NCBI GenBank assembly: GCA_965226375.1
Contig: CBDDCX010000007.1
Span: 64,001-128,000 of the forward strand
DNA from: Longimicrobiales bacterium
GTDB taxonomy: Bacteria; Gemmatimonadota; Gemmatimonadetes; Longimicrobiales; Gaopeijiaceae
Reading direction: 5' to 3'
DNA: 64,000 bases
Shown here: positions 19,397 to 28,583 of the stretch, in pieces
Position numbering within the stretch: the stretch's first letter is position 1
How the letters are laid out: each line of letters starts with the position of its first letter
Made by a program: the position numbers and the translations under genes
Notes under the pieces: model-generated
Seen by the model: only the letters and a program-made list of their open reading frames with translations
The model's database searches: none
What the model was told of the DNA's origin: nothing

Positions 19397-20197
19397 CTAT
19401 CCGCTCGACATCCGGTCGAGGAAGGCCCGATCCTCTAAGGACAGGTCCTTCGCTCCCTCACGGTCGACCCTTTTCAGGAGCTCTTCCACCTCACCTCGAT
19501 TGAGCTCGTGGATGCCAGCGAGGTCGATAGAAGACCAGCGGGCGCGGGCCTCTCGATCGGAGCCGTCCATGGACGGAGTATGCTGGGTCCGGCGCTTGAA
19601 CTCGCGCTTGTCCTTGCCCGTGTGCCAGTCGCGCCAACGCAGATATCCCGCTCCCACGGCAAGTCCACCCAGGTGCGCGAAGTGGGCCGTGCCGCCACCC
19701 GTTCCGGCGATGCCGCTGTAGAGGCTGATCAGGACGAGACCCACAGCCAGCACCCTCGCCTGAATCGGTAGGATGCCCCAGATGTAGATGTTTTCCCTCG
19801 GCCAGTACATGGCGAACCCGATGAGAATTCCGTACACGGCGGCTGAAGCACCGACCACGGGGGCGCTGAACGAGAACAGAAAGGAGAACGCCGCCCCGCC
19901 GAGCCCACCCAGAAAATAGAGCCATAAGAAATCCCGCGCGCCCAGTCGACCCTCCAACCTGGGGCCGAAGCAGAAAAGCCCGATCATGTTGAAGAAGAGG
20001 TGCCCCATGCCCGCGTGGAGGAACATGTAGCTGACCAAACCCCACGGCCTGAACGGCATCGCGGGAAGGTAGAATCGGTCCATGCCAACCACGGCCGGCG
20101 GAAAGAGCGTCAACATGGCGTACAGAAGCGTCCCCGGCTGAATCAAAAGGAAGACGAGGACGTTCGCGACGAGCAGCCGCTTAACCCAAGGGGTCAT
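19397..20197 (-). CDS. Rhomboid family intramembrane serine protease
   Basis: YMFLHAG.GHLFFNM, GASAAV and AHFAHLGG. Confidence 0.93.
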   Translation of the reverse strand: MTPWVKRLLVANVLVFLLIQPGTLLYAMLTLFPPAVVGMDRFYLPAMPFRPWGLVSYMFLHAGMGHLFFNMIGLFCFGPRLEGRLGARDFLWLYFLGGLGGAAFSFLFSFSAPVVGASAAVYGILIGFAMYWPRENIYIWGILPIQARVLAVGLVLISLYSGIAGTGGGTAHFAHLGGLAVGAGYLRWRDWHTGKDKREFKRRTQHTPSMDGSDREARARWSSIDLAGIHELNRGEVEELLKRVDREGAKDLSLEDRAFLDRMSSG

Positions 20198-20324
20198 CGA
20201 CAGAGTGGTATCTCCTGTATCACGGGTTCTTCAATCTCAGTGAACGATACCTCAGCGGCGTGGGCAGGGTCCACACCCACCCGTGAGCTACGGATCGCGA
20301 CACAAAAGTGTTCGTGCGGCCGGC

Positions 20325-21491
20325 CTAACGCACCACCTCTCCCAGCACCCCCACGGCCTCCCGCAGCTGGTCGTCCGTGAGGTACGGAGCGGGACCGAAG
20401 CGAAGTACCTCGCCGCGATAGTCTGTCAGGACTCCACGCGTGCCCAACGCCTGGCACAGCTCACCGGCCCCCGGGGCACGCAACGCTAGAAATCCCGCCA
20501 CTCCCTCCAACGGCACCGAGCGATCTCGGTCGACCACGGCCGGGTCGAGATCGAGGCTATCGAACGCCTCCATGAGGAGTCCGACCTGGTGCTGGCTCCG
20601 CTCCCGAAGGCGCTCCTGGGTGAGCCCCTGCGACGCGAAGAACTCGAGCACGGACGCCGCCCGATAGTGGCTCGTGGGGTCGTAGGTGGATCCCGCGAAG
20701 AGCGCGGCCCCTTCGCCGTAAGCCGTTCGACCCGAATCCTTGTCGTCGGCCAGTGTGGCGAACTCGCTGAACCAGCCGGTGATGACCGGCCGGAAGCGGC
20801 AGCCGTCCGGAAACCGCATCCAGCAGTTCCCCTCGCCCATCTGCATGTACTTGTAGCCACCACCCACCACGAAGGCGCATGCGAGCTCCTCTGTCCCGAT
20901 CGAATAAGGCACCACGTTCGTCGAGTGGTACACGTCGATCAGAAGCTCGACTCCCAACGACTCGCATACTTCGTGCACGCCTCCGAGGCCGGGCACGATG
21001 TGCGCGTTCTGGAAGAGTACGCACGACGCCAGGACAGCCGCCGTGCGGTCGTCGACAGCCGCGATCAGCCGCTCAGCGAGTGTGGCCGCGGGGAACGCCG
21101 GCACCTTCACCAACTCCACGGGCTCTTCCGCCAGCCGATCGAGTTGCCGCCGGATGGTGTGGAACTCGCCATCGGTGGTGACCAGGCGGGGACGTTCCAG
21201 AAAGGGAAGGGCCGAGAGGAAACGGGTCACGAGCTCGTGTGTGTTCTGCCCCAAGGCCACCTGCCCCGCGGGATCATCGAGCAGCGCCGCCACACCACCC
21301 CGGAGCCGTTCCGCCTTTTCCTCCGCGAGGTCCCACTTCCGGTCCACGTGCTCTGCCGCGTCGAGCCACGCCTGCTGTTGGGCCTCGAAGGCGACGTCGG
21401 GCCAGGCCTGGTGTGAGTGTCCCGTAAGGAGCAGCCGCTCCGAGACCCGGAAGCGGGTGTAGTGCCCGGCGAGCGCCGCGGAGTCGATCAC
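20325..21491 (-). CDS. kynU: Kynureninase (PLP-dependent, class V aminotransferase fold)
   Basis: GHSH, DVYHS, GGYKY PLP lysine, GWF and LRFGPAPY; directly downstream of kynA. Confidence 0.85.
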   Translation of the reverse strand: MIDSAALAGHYTRFRVSERLLLTGHSHQAWPDVAFEAQQQAWLDAAEHVDRKWDLAEEKAERLRGGVAALLDDPAGQVALGQNTHELVTRFLSALPFLERPRLVTTDGEFHTIRRQLDRLAEEPVELVKVPAFPAATLAERLIAAVDDRTAAVLASCVLFQNAHIVPGLGGVHEVCESLGVELLIDVYHSTNVVPYSIGTEELACAFVVGGGYKYMQMGEGNCWMRFPDGCRFRPVITGWFSEFATLADDKDSGRTAYGEGAALFAGSTYDPTSHYRAASVLEFFASQGLTQERLRERSQHQVGLLMEAFDSLDLDPAVVDRDRSVPLEGVAGFLALRAPGAGELCQALGTRGVLTDYRGEVLRFGPAPYLTDDQLREAVGVLGEVVR

Positions 21492-21492
21492 T

Positions 21493-22281
21493 CTAGAGCC
21501 GACTGCGGATCGCCCACAGGTCCTCGAAGACCGGCGCGTTGAGCGTCGTCCGCAGGTAGGCCGATCCGGCGGAGCCTCCGGTCCCTGCCTTCATGCCGAT
21601 GGTGCGCTCGACCATCTTCACGTGCCGGTACCGCCATTCCTGTAGGCCCTCGTCCAAATCCACCAGTCGCTCGCACACCGAAGCCGCGGCGGGGCTTTCC
21701 CGGTACACCGTCACGAGGACCTCCTGAAGATCCTCTGAAGCAGCGACCGACTGCGTGACATCTCGGCTCAGCTGGGCCTCGGGAACCGGGAACCCCTCAC
21801 CGTGAAGGAACGTGAGAAAAGCGTCCCAAAGCGTGCGCTCTGCGAACCGCCGCTCCAGGTTCACCCGGCCGTCACTTCCCTCCGGAAAACGTTGGATGGC
21901 CTTTTCGTTCTTGGCCCCGAGCACATACTCCAACTCCCGGAACTGATAGGACTGGAAGCCCGACGCCGCCTCCAACCGGGCCCTGAAAGACAGGAACTCG
22001 AGGGGAGTCATCGTCTCCAGAATGTCGAGTTGTGCGACCAGGACCTTCAGGATGGTGAGTACCCTCTTGAGCGTGTGGAGCGCACGAACGGAATCACCCT
22101 CCTCCAACAGTCGGCAGACATAATCGACCTCGTGTAGGACTTCCTTGAACCAGAGCTCGTAGACCTGATGGATGACGATGAAGAGCATCTCATCGTGCTC
22201 GGGCCCCTCGGAAAGGGGCTTCTGAAGGTCCAGCAGCTCCTTGATCTTCAGGTAGCGGCCGTACGTGAGGGCTTCGCTCAT
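21493..22281 (-). CDS. kynA: Tryptophan 2,3-dioxygenase
   Basis: HDEMLFIVIHQVYELWFK, ASGFQS.QFR and WRYRHVKMVERTIG.K.GTGGS. Confidence 0.96.
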   Translation of the reverse strand: MSEALTYGRYLKIKELLDLQKPLSEGPEHDEMLFIVIHQVYELWFKEVLHEVDYVCRLLEEGDSVRALHTLKRVLTILKVLVAQLDILETMTPLEFLSFRARLEAASGFQSYQFRELEYVLGAKNEKAIQRFPEGSDGRVNLERRFAERTLWDAFLTFLHGEGFPVPEAQLSRDVTQSVAASEDLQEVLVTVYRESPAAASVCERLVDLDEGLQEWRYRHVKMVERTIGMKAGTGGSAGSAYLRTTLNAPVFEDLWAIRSRL

Positions 22282-24581
22282 GCCGTGGCTCCGAAGTCGA
22301 AGGCGAAGCGAGCCGTATAGCGGCTCACAGACTCGTATTGGCTGGGCCACTCCAGATCATGGCCCATCGTGTAAGCGGCGTGTCGGGTCCAATAGGGATC
22401 GAAGAGGTGGGCCCGGGCAAGCAGGCAGAGGTCGGCACGGCCGGCCGCCAGAATCGTGTTCACGTCCATGAAGGACGAGATGTTGCCCACAGCCATGGTG
22501 GCGATGCCCACCTCGTGCCGAATACGGTCGGCGAATGGCGTCTGGAAGAGCCTCCCGTACTCAGGGGCTTGATCGGGCACCGTCTGCCCTGCCGACACGT
22601 CGACGACGTCGCAATCGTGTGCCTTTAGCAGGCGCGCCACCTCCACCGCGTCGCCCGGCTCCATGCCTCCGGGCTTCCAATCCACCGCACTGATGCGGGC
22701 CGACATGGGCCGCTCGGCCGGCCATGCCGCGCGCACCGCGTCGAATACTTCCAACGGGAAACGCAGGCGGTTCTCGAGACTCCCGCCGTACTCGTCGTCT
22801 CTCTCGTTGGTGAGTGGCGAGACGAAGGAAGCCAGGAGGTATCCGTGCGCCAGGTGCAATTCCAGGATGTCGAAGCCGGCCTCGTGGGCCATGTCGGCTG
22901 CGCGAACGTAGTCGGCGATGGCGGCTGACATGTCCTGCCGCGTCATCTCCTTCGGTACGGGATTCTCAGGCCGCCAGGGAATGGGCGACGCCGAGATCAC
23001 GTCCCAACCTCCCTCGGCCAGGGGTTCGTTATCGCCATCCCAGAGCTTTTGCGTAGACGCCTTTCTGCCCGCATGACCGAGCTGGATCCCAACCTTGGCG
23101 ACACTGCTCCCGTGGATGAAATCCACGATCCGCTTCCAGCCGCCCACATGCTCGGGTTTGTAAAGGCCCGTACATCCCACGGAGATTCGCGCGTCCCGAC
23201 TGACATCAGTCATCTCGGCCATGACGAGCCCTGCCCCACCCAGCGCGCGGCTTCCCAAATGCACCATGTGCCAATCATTCGGCATCCCGTCCTCGGCCGT
23301 GTACTGACACATGGGGGAGACCACGACACGGTTGGAGAGGACGAGGTCCCGTAGTTTGAATCCCGTGAACATGGGTGGCGGCGGCGGAACGGTGCGCACC
23401 GCTACACCGCTCTGACGCTCGGCCGCGGCCGCGAACCACGTGTCCACGTCACGGATGAAACCGGCGTCTCGAAGCCGCAGATTCTCGTGTGTGATGCGGA
23501 GGCTACGGGTGAGGAGCGTAAACGCGAACTGGATCGGCTCCAGCCGCATGTAGCGCTCGGCGTCCTCGAACCACTGAAGGCTCGCCTGTGCCGCACGCTG
23601 CAGACTCTCCACGGGCGCGCGCCGTTCACCTTCGTAGGCCGCGAGCGCGGCAGCCACGTCAGGCTCGCGCGCCATGGCCTCCGTGAGCGCGATCCCGTCC
23701 AACATGGCGATGCGCGTGCCGGACCCTACGGAGAAGTGCGCCGTATGTGCCGCATCCCCCATGAGGACGACGTTCTCATGAGACCAGACTTCGTTTCTCA
23801 CCGTCGGAAACTGCCGCCAGTGCGACCGGTTCTTCAGGAGTGGATGCCCCTGGAGCTCGTCCGCGAAGAGCTCCTCGCAGAAGCGGACCGTGGCGTCCTC
23901 GTCCTCCTCGGTGAGGCCCGAAGCCGCCCACGTTTCCTCGCGAGCCTCCACGATGAAGGTGGCCTTGCCGTTTTCATATTGGTACGCGTGGACGCGCCAC
24001 CATCCGTGCTCGTTCTCCCGGAAGTAGAACGTGAACGCGTCGAAGGGCCTGGTCGTCCCGAGCCAAACGAAGCGGTTCGGGCGAAAGTCCAGAGAGGGCC
24101 GGAAATGCTCCTCGTAGCGCTCTCGGATCTGGCTGTTCACACCGTCGGCTGCGAGCACCAAGTCGGCATCCCGGTAGACCTCTACGTCATCCACCTCCGC
24201 CTCGAAGTGGACTGCGATGCCCAACACCTCGGCGCGCCTCTGCAGGATCTGGAGAAGCCTCGGTCTCGAGAGGCCGGCGAACCCGTGACCGCCGGACCTG
24301 AGAACCTTGCCCCCGTAGTGGATGTCGATGTCGTCCCAGTGTGCGAACGCATCAGTGATCTCACGGTAGACATGAGGCTCGGCGCCCCCGATCTCAGCCA
24401 GGGTGGCGTCCGAGAACACGACCCCGAAACCGAAGGTGTCATCGGGCCGGTTCCGCTCGTAGACGGTGATCTCGCGAGACGGCCCGGCACCCTTCAGAAG
24501 AATGGCCGCGTACAGGCCAGCGGGCCCTGCCCCGACGACGTTGATCTTGCTCGCCGGAACTCCTCCATCGGATCCGCTCAA
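22278..24581 (-). CDS. Bifunctional 2-aminobenzoyl-CoA (anthraniloyl-CoA) monooxygenase/reductase, salicylyl-CoA 5-hydroxylase-like
   Basis: N-terminal flavin monooxygenase (GAGPAG, DDTFGFGVVFSD, GDAAHTAHFSVGSGT) fused to an OYE domain (SPMCQY, HAGRK, HLAHGYLL, NERDDEYGGSLENR). A TTG start overlaps the upstream stop. Confidence 0.9.
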   Translation of the reverse strand: MSGSDGGVPASKINVVGAGPAGLYAAILLKGAGPSREITVYERNRPDDTFGFGVVFSDATLAEIGGAEPHVYREITDAFAHWDDIDIHYGGKVLRSGGHGFAGLSRPRLLQILQRRAEVLGIAVHFEAEVDDVEVYRDADLVLAADGVNSQIRERYEEHFRPSLDFRPNRFVWLGTTRPFDAFTFYFRENEHGWWRVHAYQYENGKATFIVEAREETWAASGLTEEDEDATVRFCEELFADELQGHPLLKNRSHWRQFPTVRNEVWSHENVVLMGDAAHTAHFSVGSGTRIAMLDGIALTEAMAREPDVAAALAAYEGERRAPVESLQRAAQASLQWFEDAERYMRLEPIQFAFTLLTRSLRITHENLRLRDAGFIRDVDTWFAAAAERQSGVAVRTVPPPPPMFTGFKLRDLVLSNRVVVSPMCQYTAEDGMPNDWHMVHLGSRALGGAGLVMAEMTDVSRDARISVGCTGLYKPEHVGGWKRIVDFIHGSSVAKVGIQLGHAGRKASTQKLWDGDNEPLAEGGWDVISASPIPWRPENPVPKEMTRQDMSAAIADYVRAADMAHEAGFDILELHLAHGYLLASFVSPLTNERDDEYGGSLENRLRFPLEVFDAVRAAWPAERPMSARISAVDWKPGGMEPGDAVEVARLLKAHDCDVVDVSAGQTVPDQAPEYGRLFQTPFADRIRHEVGIATMAVGNISSFMDVNTILAAGRADLCLLARAHLFDPYWTRHAAYTMGHDLEWPSQYESVSRYTARFAFDFGATA

Positions 24582-25732
24582 GAACCTTCTCGTCTCGACT
24601 TCAGGCGATGGCCCGCAATGATCAAGTGCTGGATGTCGGTGGCTCCTTCGTAGATGCGCAGCGCCCGGACGGAGCGGTAGAGCCGATCCACCACGGCATC
24701 GGCAAGGACGCCGCGCCCCCCCAGGATCTGGATGGCATCGTCTACGACACGCTGGGCCGCCTCGGTTGCGTAGGCTTTGGCCATGGCCGCCTCGACGGTG
24801 ATGCGCTCGGCACCGCCGTCCCGCTCCCACGCCGCCCGATATGTCAGAAGACGTGCGGCCGTGAGTTCGGTAGCCATACGCGCAAGCTTCTGCTGAACGA
24901 GCTGGAAGTCGGCCAGTACCTGCCCGAACTGTCTCCGCGACAGAGCGTAAGCCTCGGCCTCATCCAGAGCTCGTGCCGCCATTCCACACGCCGCCGCGGC
25001 CACCGTGGGCCGTAAGCGATCGAACGTGGCCATGCCGAGCTTGAAGCCCTCGCCCTCCGCGCCGAGGCGCGCCTCTTCCGGAAGCCGACAGCCGTGGAAG
25101 GCTATCTCCCCCAGGGGGTGAGGAGCGCTCATCACCAGAGGCTTCACGAACTCCAGACCGTCCGTGTCCGCGGGAACGACGAACGCCGACAGGCCCCGAC
25201 TCCCCTGCTCCGGATCGGTGGAGGCGAAAACCACGTAGACATCGGCGATACCGGCGTTGGAGATGAGCGTCTTGGTCCCCTCGAGCACGTAGCCTGCACC
25301 GTCCCGGACCGCGGTCGTGCGCATCGACGCCACATCGGATCCGGCCTCCGGTTCGGTCATCGCGAACGCCCCCAAGCTCGTGCCATCGAGAAGCTTCGGG
25401 AGCCACTTCTCACGCTGGCCGAGGTTGTCGGCGAGCAGAAAAGGCGTAGCCGTAAGCGCCTGCAGGGCATAGACGGCGTCGGCCAGGGGACTCGCGCCCG
25501 CGATCGCTTCCCGAGCCAGACACGCGCCTCTCAGGTCCTCTTCCTCTACGGGCCGTAGCCATCCGCCTGCGCCGAGCAAGGCCACGATCTCCCGGGCCTG
25601 CACCCGGCCAGCATCATCGTCGACCGGCACGGGAAGGGGGTCCAATGTGCTCGCGACGAACGCCTCGACCGCCCCGGCCCACTCCACATGGACGTCATCG
25701 AAGAAGGCCCTCACGGCCTGGACGTCGAGCAT
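24578..25732 (-). CDS. Acyl-CoA dehydrogenase
   Basis: AFAMTEPEAGSD, RRQFG, QILGGRG and IYEGAT; ATG 25732 overlaps the upstream stop. Confidence 0.92.
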   Translation of the reverse strand: MLDVQAVRAFFDDVHVEWAGAVEAFVASTLDPLPVPVDDDAGRVQAREIVALLGAGGWLRPVEEEDLRGACLAREAIAGASPLADAVYALQALTATPFLLADNLGQREKWLPKLLDGTSLGAFAMTEPEAGSDVASMRTTAVRDGAGYVLEGTKTLISNAGIADVYVVFASTDPEQGSRGLSAFVVPADTDGLEFVKPLVMSAPHPLGEIAFHGCRLPEEARLGAEGEGFKLGMATFDRLRPTVAAAACGMAARALDEAEAYALSRRQFGQVLADFQLVQQKLARMATELTAARLLTYRAAWERDGGAERITVEAAMAKAYATEAAQRVVDDAIQILGGRGVLADAVVDRLYRSVRALRIYEGATDIQHLIIAGHRLKSRREGS

Positions 25733-26541
25733 CAAATGAACCGGGCGGACCGCTTCTCGGTGAAGGCCTCGTATGCCTCCCGGAAGTTCGGGTTTTCCAT
25801 ACATTTCGCCTGGACCTGCGCCTCGGCCTCCAGGGCTGTCGCAAGATCCATCGAAGCCTCTTCGTTGAGCGCACGCTTGGTCATCTCCAGGGCGTAGGAC
25901 GGGCCGAGCGCCAACTTCCCGGCCATCCCCCGTGCCACATCGAGCAAATCGTCCTGCGGCACCACCTGGTTGTAAAGGCCGATCCGATGCGCCTCTTCGG
26001 CACCGATAAAGTCGCCCGTCATGAGCAACTGGCTGGCGTGCGCCAACCCGACGATGCGCGGCAAGAGCCACGCGACCCCCATGTCGGCACCGGACAGACC
26101 GACCTTTGTGAACAGATATGCGATCTTGGCGTTGTCGCTCGCAATACGGATGTCACACGCCGTGGCGATGACCGCACCGGCACCGGCGACCGTGCCGTTC
26201 AGAGCCCCGATGACCGGACGGCGGCACTGCCTGATGGCCAAGATCAGGTCGCACGTCATCCGGGTGAAGTCGAGGAGTCCTTCGGCGTCCCGCTCGAAGA
26301 GGGCGCCGATGATGTCCTCTACGTCTCCTCCCGTGCAGAATGCCCGGCCCGCCCCGGTGATGACGATGGAGCGCACGCCCGGTTCCACATCGAGAGCGCG
26401 GAACGTAGCCTGCAGCTCCTCGTAGACTTCGAACGTGAGGGCGTTCAGGCGCTCCGGTCGATTGAGCGTGATGGTGGCGACGGAAGTGTCGGTATCGTGC
26501 TCGTACAGGAAGGATGTCGGTCGGATCGGCACTCCACTCAC
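25732..26541 (-). CDS. Enoyl-CoA hydratase family protein
   Basis: LNRPERLNAL, AFCTGGD, AGAG and GLSGADMG. Confidence 0.92.
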   Translation of the reverse strand: MSGVPIRPTSFLYEHDTDTSVATITLNRPERLNALTFEVYEELQATFRALDVEPGVRSIVITGAGRAFCTGGDVEDIIGALFERDAEGLLDFTRMTCDLILAIRQCRRPVIGALNGTVAGAGAVIATACDIRIASDNAKIAYLFTKVGLSGADMGVAWLLPRIVGLAHASQLLMTGDFIGAEEAHRIGLYNQVVPQDDLLDVARGMAGKLALGPSYALEMTKRALNEEASMDLATALEAEAQVQAKCMENPNFREAYEAFTEKRSARFI

Positions 26542-26942
26542 CCGGGTAATATGGCGGTGGCCTCGATCTCGACCTTGGCCCTGGGATCCACCATCTCGGA
26601 CACGGCGACGAGGGCCATGGCCGGATAGTGCCGGCCCATCCGTTCGCGGTACTTGGCTCCAAGGGGCTTCAGGCTGCCCCTGTACTCGGCCATGTCCGTC
26701 ACGAAGATCGTAAGGCGGGCGACGTTCTCCGGACCCCCGCCCGCCTCTTCGACTACCGTGATCGACCGGGCGAGAGCCGCATCGAACTGCTCGACGAAGT
26801 CGTCCGAGACGATGGCTCCGGTGTGATCTGATCCGGCTTGCCCCGCCACGAAGAGGACCCGACTACCGACCGGCGCGAGAAGTCCGTTGGACCATCCCCT
26901 CGGTTCGCCCAGCGATTCGGGATTAAAGATCTCGAAGGTCAT
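26538..26942 (-). CDS. RidA/YjgF family protein
   Basis: PRGWSNG, FVAGQ, HYPAM and VEIEATA. Confidence 0.9.
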   Translation of the reverse strand: MTFEIFNPESLGEPRGWSNGLLAPVGSRVLFVAGQAGSDHTGAIVSDDFVEQFDAALARSITVVEEAGGGPENVARLTIFVTDMAEYRGSLKPLGAKYRERMGRHYPAMALVAVSEMVDPRAKVEIEATAILPG

Positions 26943-27011
26943 GAGCCGAACTTCACTGTGGATCCCCCTTCCGTCAAACGGAGGCGGCCCCCTGCGAACG
27001 GGGGTCGGGAC

Positions 27012-27788
27012 CTACGCCAGAAGTGCTCCTCCGTCGATTACCAGGGCCTGTCCGTTCACGCTCCCGGCATCCTCCCCACACAGGTAGAGCACCGCATCGC
27101 CGACCTCACCCGGCTCCACCAGGCGCTTCTGCGAGAGCGTGCCCAACATGGCTGCCAGGGCGTCATCCCGGGTCATGCCGGATCGGGCCATGATCTGCCC
27201 GACCGTGCCCTCCGTCATCGGCGTATTGACGTAGCCGGGGCACAGCGCGTTGACGGTGACCCCGGTGCCGGCCATCTCGGCCGCCGCGGAGCGGGTCATG
27301 CCCAGCACCGCGTGCTTGGACGCGGCGTACGCCGACGTGTAGCGGCTGCCGACACGCCCGGCCACGGACGCCACGTTGACCACCCGCCCCCAACCCCGCT
27401 CGATCATGCCGGGAAGGAAGGCGCGGGCGCACAGGAAGGACCCGGTGGCGTTCACTGCCATAGTGCGGTTCCAGTCGTCCAGGGTTTCGCGAACCAAGAG
27501 GGCCGAGTGGCCCACCCCGGCATTGTTCACCAGGATGTCTACGCTCCCCAGAGTGTCTACGGCCGTATGTTCGAGCTCGGCCACCGAGGTTTCGTCCGCT
27601 ACGTCGCAGAGGGCCCAGTGGCCGGATCCGCCCGCCGCGCCGATCGATTCCGCCACCGCACGGACTTGATCCTCCGTGCGCGCGCTCACCAAAACAGTCG
27701 CTCCGGCATTCGCCAGCATGTGCGCGACTGAAGCACCGATGCCCCGTCCGCCTCCGGTTACGACCGCGGTCTTGCCTTGAAGACTCAC
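27012..27788 (-). CDS. SDR family oxidoreductase (3-hydroxyacyl-CoA dehydrogenase-like)
   Basis: TGGGRGIG, NNAG and YAASK. Confidence 0.92.
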   Translation of the reverse strand: MSLQGKTAVVTGGGRGIGASVAHMLANAGATVLVSARTEDQVRAVAESIGAAGGSGHWALCDVADETSVAELEHTAVDTLGSVDILVNNAGVGHSALLVRETLDDWNRTMAVNATGSFLCARAFLPGMIERGWGRVVNVASVAGRVGSRYTSAYAASKHAVLGMTRSAAAEMAGTGVTVNALCPGYVNTPMTEGTVGQIMARSGMTRDDALAAMLGTLSQKRLVEPGEVGDAVLYLCGEDAGSVNGQALVIDGGALLA

Positions 27789-28561
27789 GATGTGGGCTGC
27801 TCCGTGTTTTCTGGGCTCAGAACGGACATGACCGCCTCCTCTACGAGTGTCCCCAGTGTCCTCAAGGTGGCCGCCCCCTCGTCCGCGCTGGCGTCAGCCG
27901 GGAAGCCGAAGTAGGCCTGCGGCCCACCCGACTCGTGGAACGTCGACAGGCCGTCCCGGATCGCGTCCGACAACGACGCGGGATTGGGAGACAGCCCTTT
28001 CCGCACGTCCTCACGCACCAACTCCGGTGCCACGGCCATGACGATCGACGTCTCGTACTGACCGGCATGACACGCGCCCGACTGGAACTCCTCCGTGAGC
28101 TGGGCGGCCAAGACCCTCCTGGTCAGGTCCGGAAAGATGATGGGCAGGTTCACGGCATACGCCCGCTGCACGGCATCGCGAAGAGCAGCGAGATGAGCCG
28201 GATCCAGATGTGCGTTGCACAGCACGAGGGCCCGGGCCCCCTGGGCCGCCGAAGCCCGCGCCACATCTACCACCAGGCGCGTGACCGTCTCACGTGCCAC
28301 GGACACGGTACCTGGAAAGGACTCGGCAAAAGACGCCGGGGTGTAGTCGATGGTGGGTAGAATCACCGGATGCATGCCGCGGATCTCGAGCCTCTGGGCC
28401 GCCTCCTGGGCCCAGGCCTCCGCAATGATCCCGTCCGTACGTAGCGGCAAGTGCGGTCCGTGAGCCTCCACGGCGCCGAGGGGCAACAGCCCGATCCACG
28501 CATTCTTCTGCGCGTCTCGGGCCTCTTCCCAGGTCATCTCGGCTAGTGGACGGATCGGCAT
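27785..28561 (-). CDS. Creatininase-family amidohydrolase
   Basis: PLGAVEAHGPHLP..TD, FPGT, NAH and HAGQYETS metal-binding motifs; GGAG SD. Confidence 0.9.
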   Translation of the reverse strand: MPIRPLAEMTWEEARDAQKNAWIGLLPLGAVEAHGPHLPLRTDGIIAEAWAQEAAQRLEIRGMHPVILPTIDYTPASFAESFPGTVSVARETVTRLVVDVARASAAQGARALVLCNAHLDPAHLAALRDAVQRAYAVNLPIIFPDLTRRVLAAQLTEEFQSGACHAGQYETSIVMAVAPELVREDVRKGLSPNPASLSDAIRDGLSTFHESGGPQAYFGFPADASADEGAATLRTLGTLVEEAVMSVLSPENTEQPTS

Positions 28562-28570
28562 AGATGCTCC

Positions 28571-28576
28571 TATCAT
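28571..28576 (+). promoter_or_regulatory. Putative -10 element of a leaderless CoA-ligase promoter
   Basis: TATCAT-cgggctc-ATG; no plus-strand SD in the 22-bp intergenic gap. Confidence 0.4.
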
Positions 28577-28583
28577 CGGGCTC

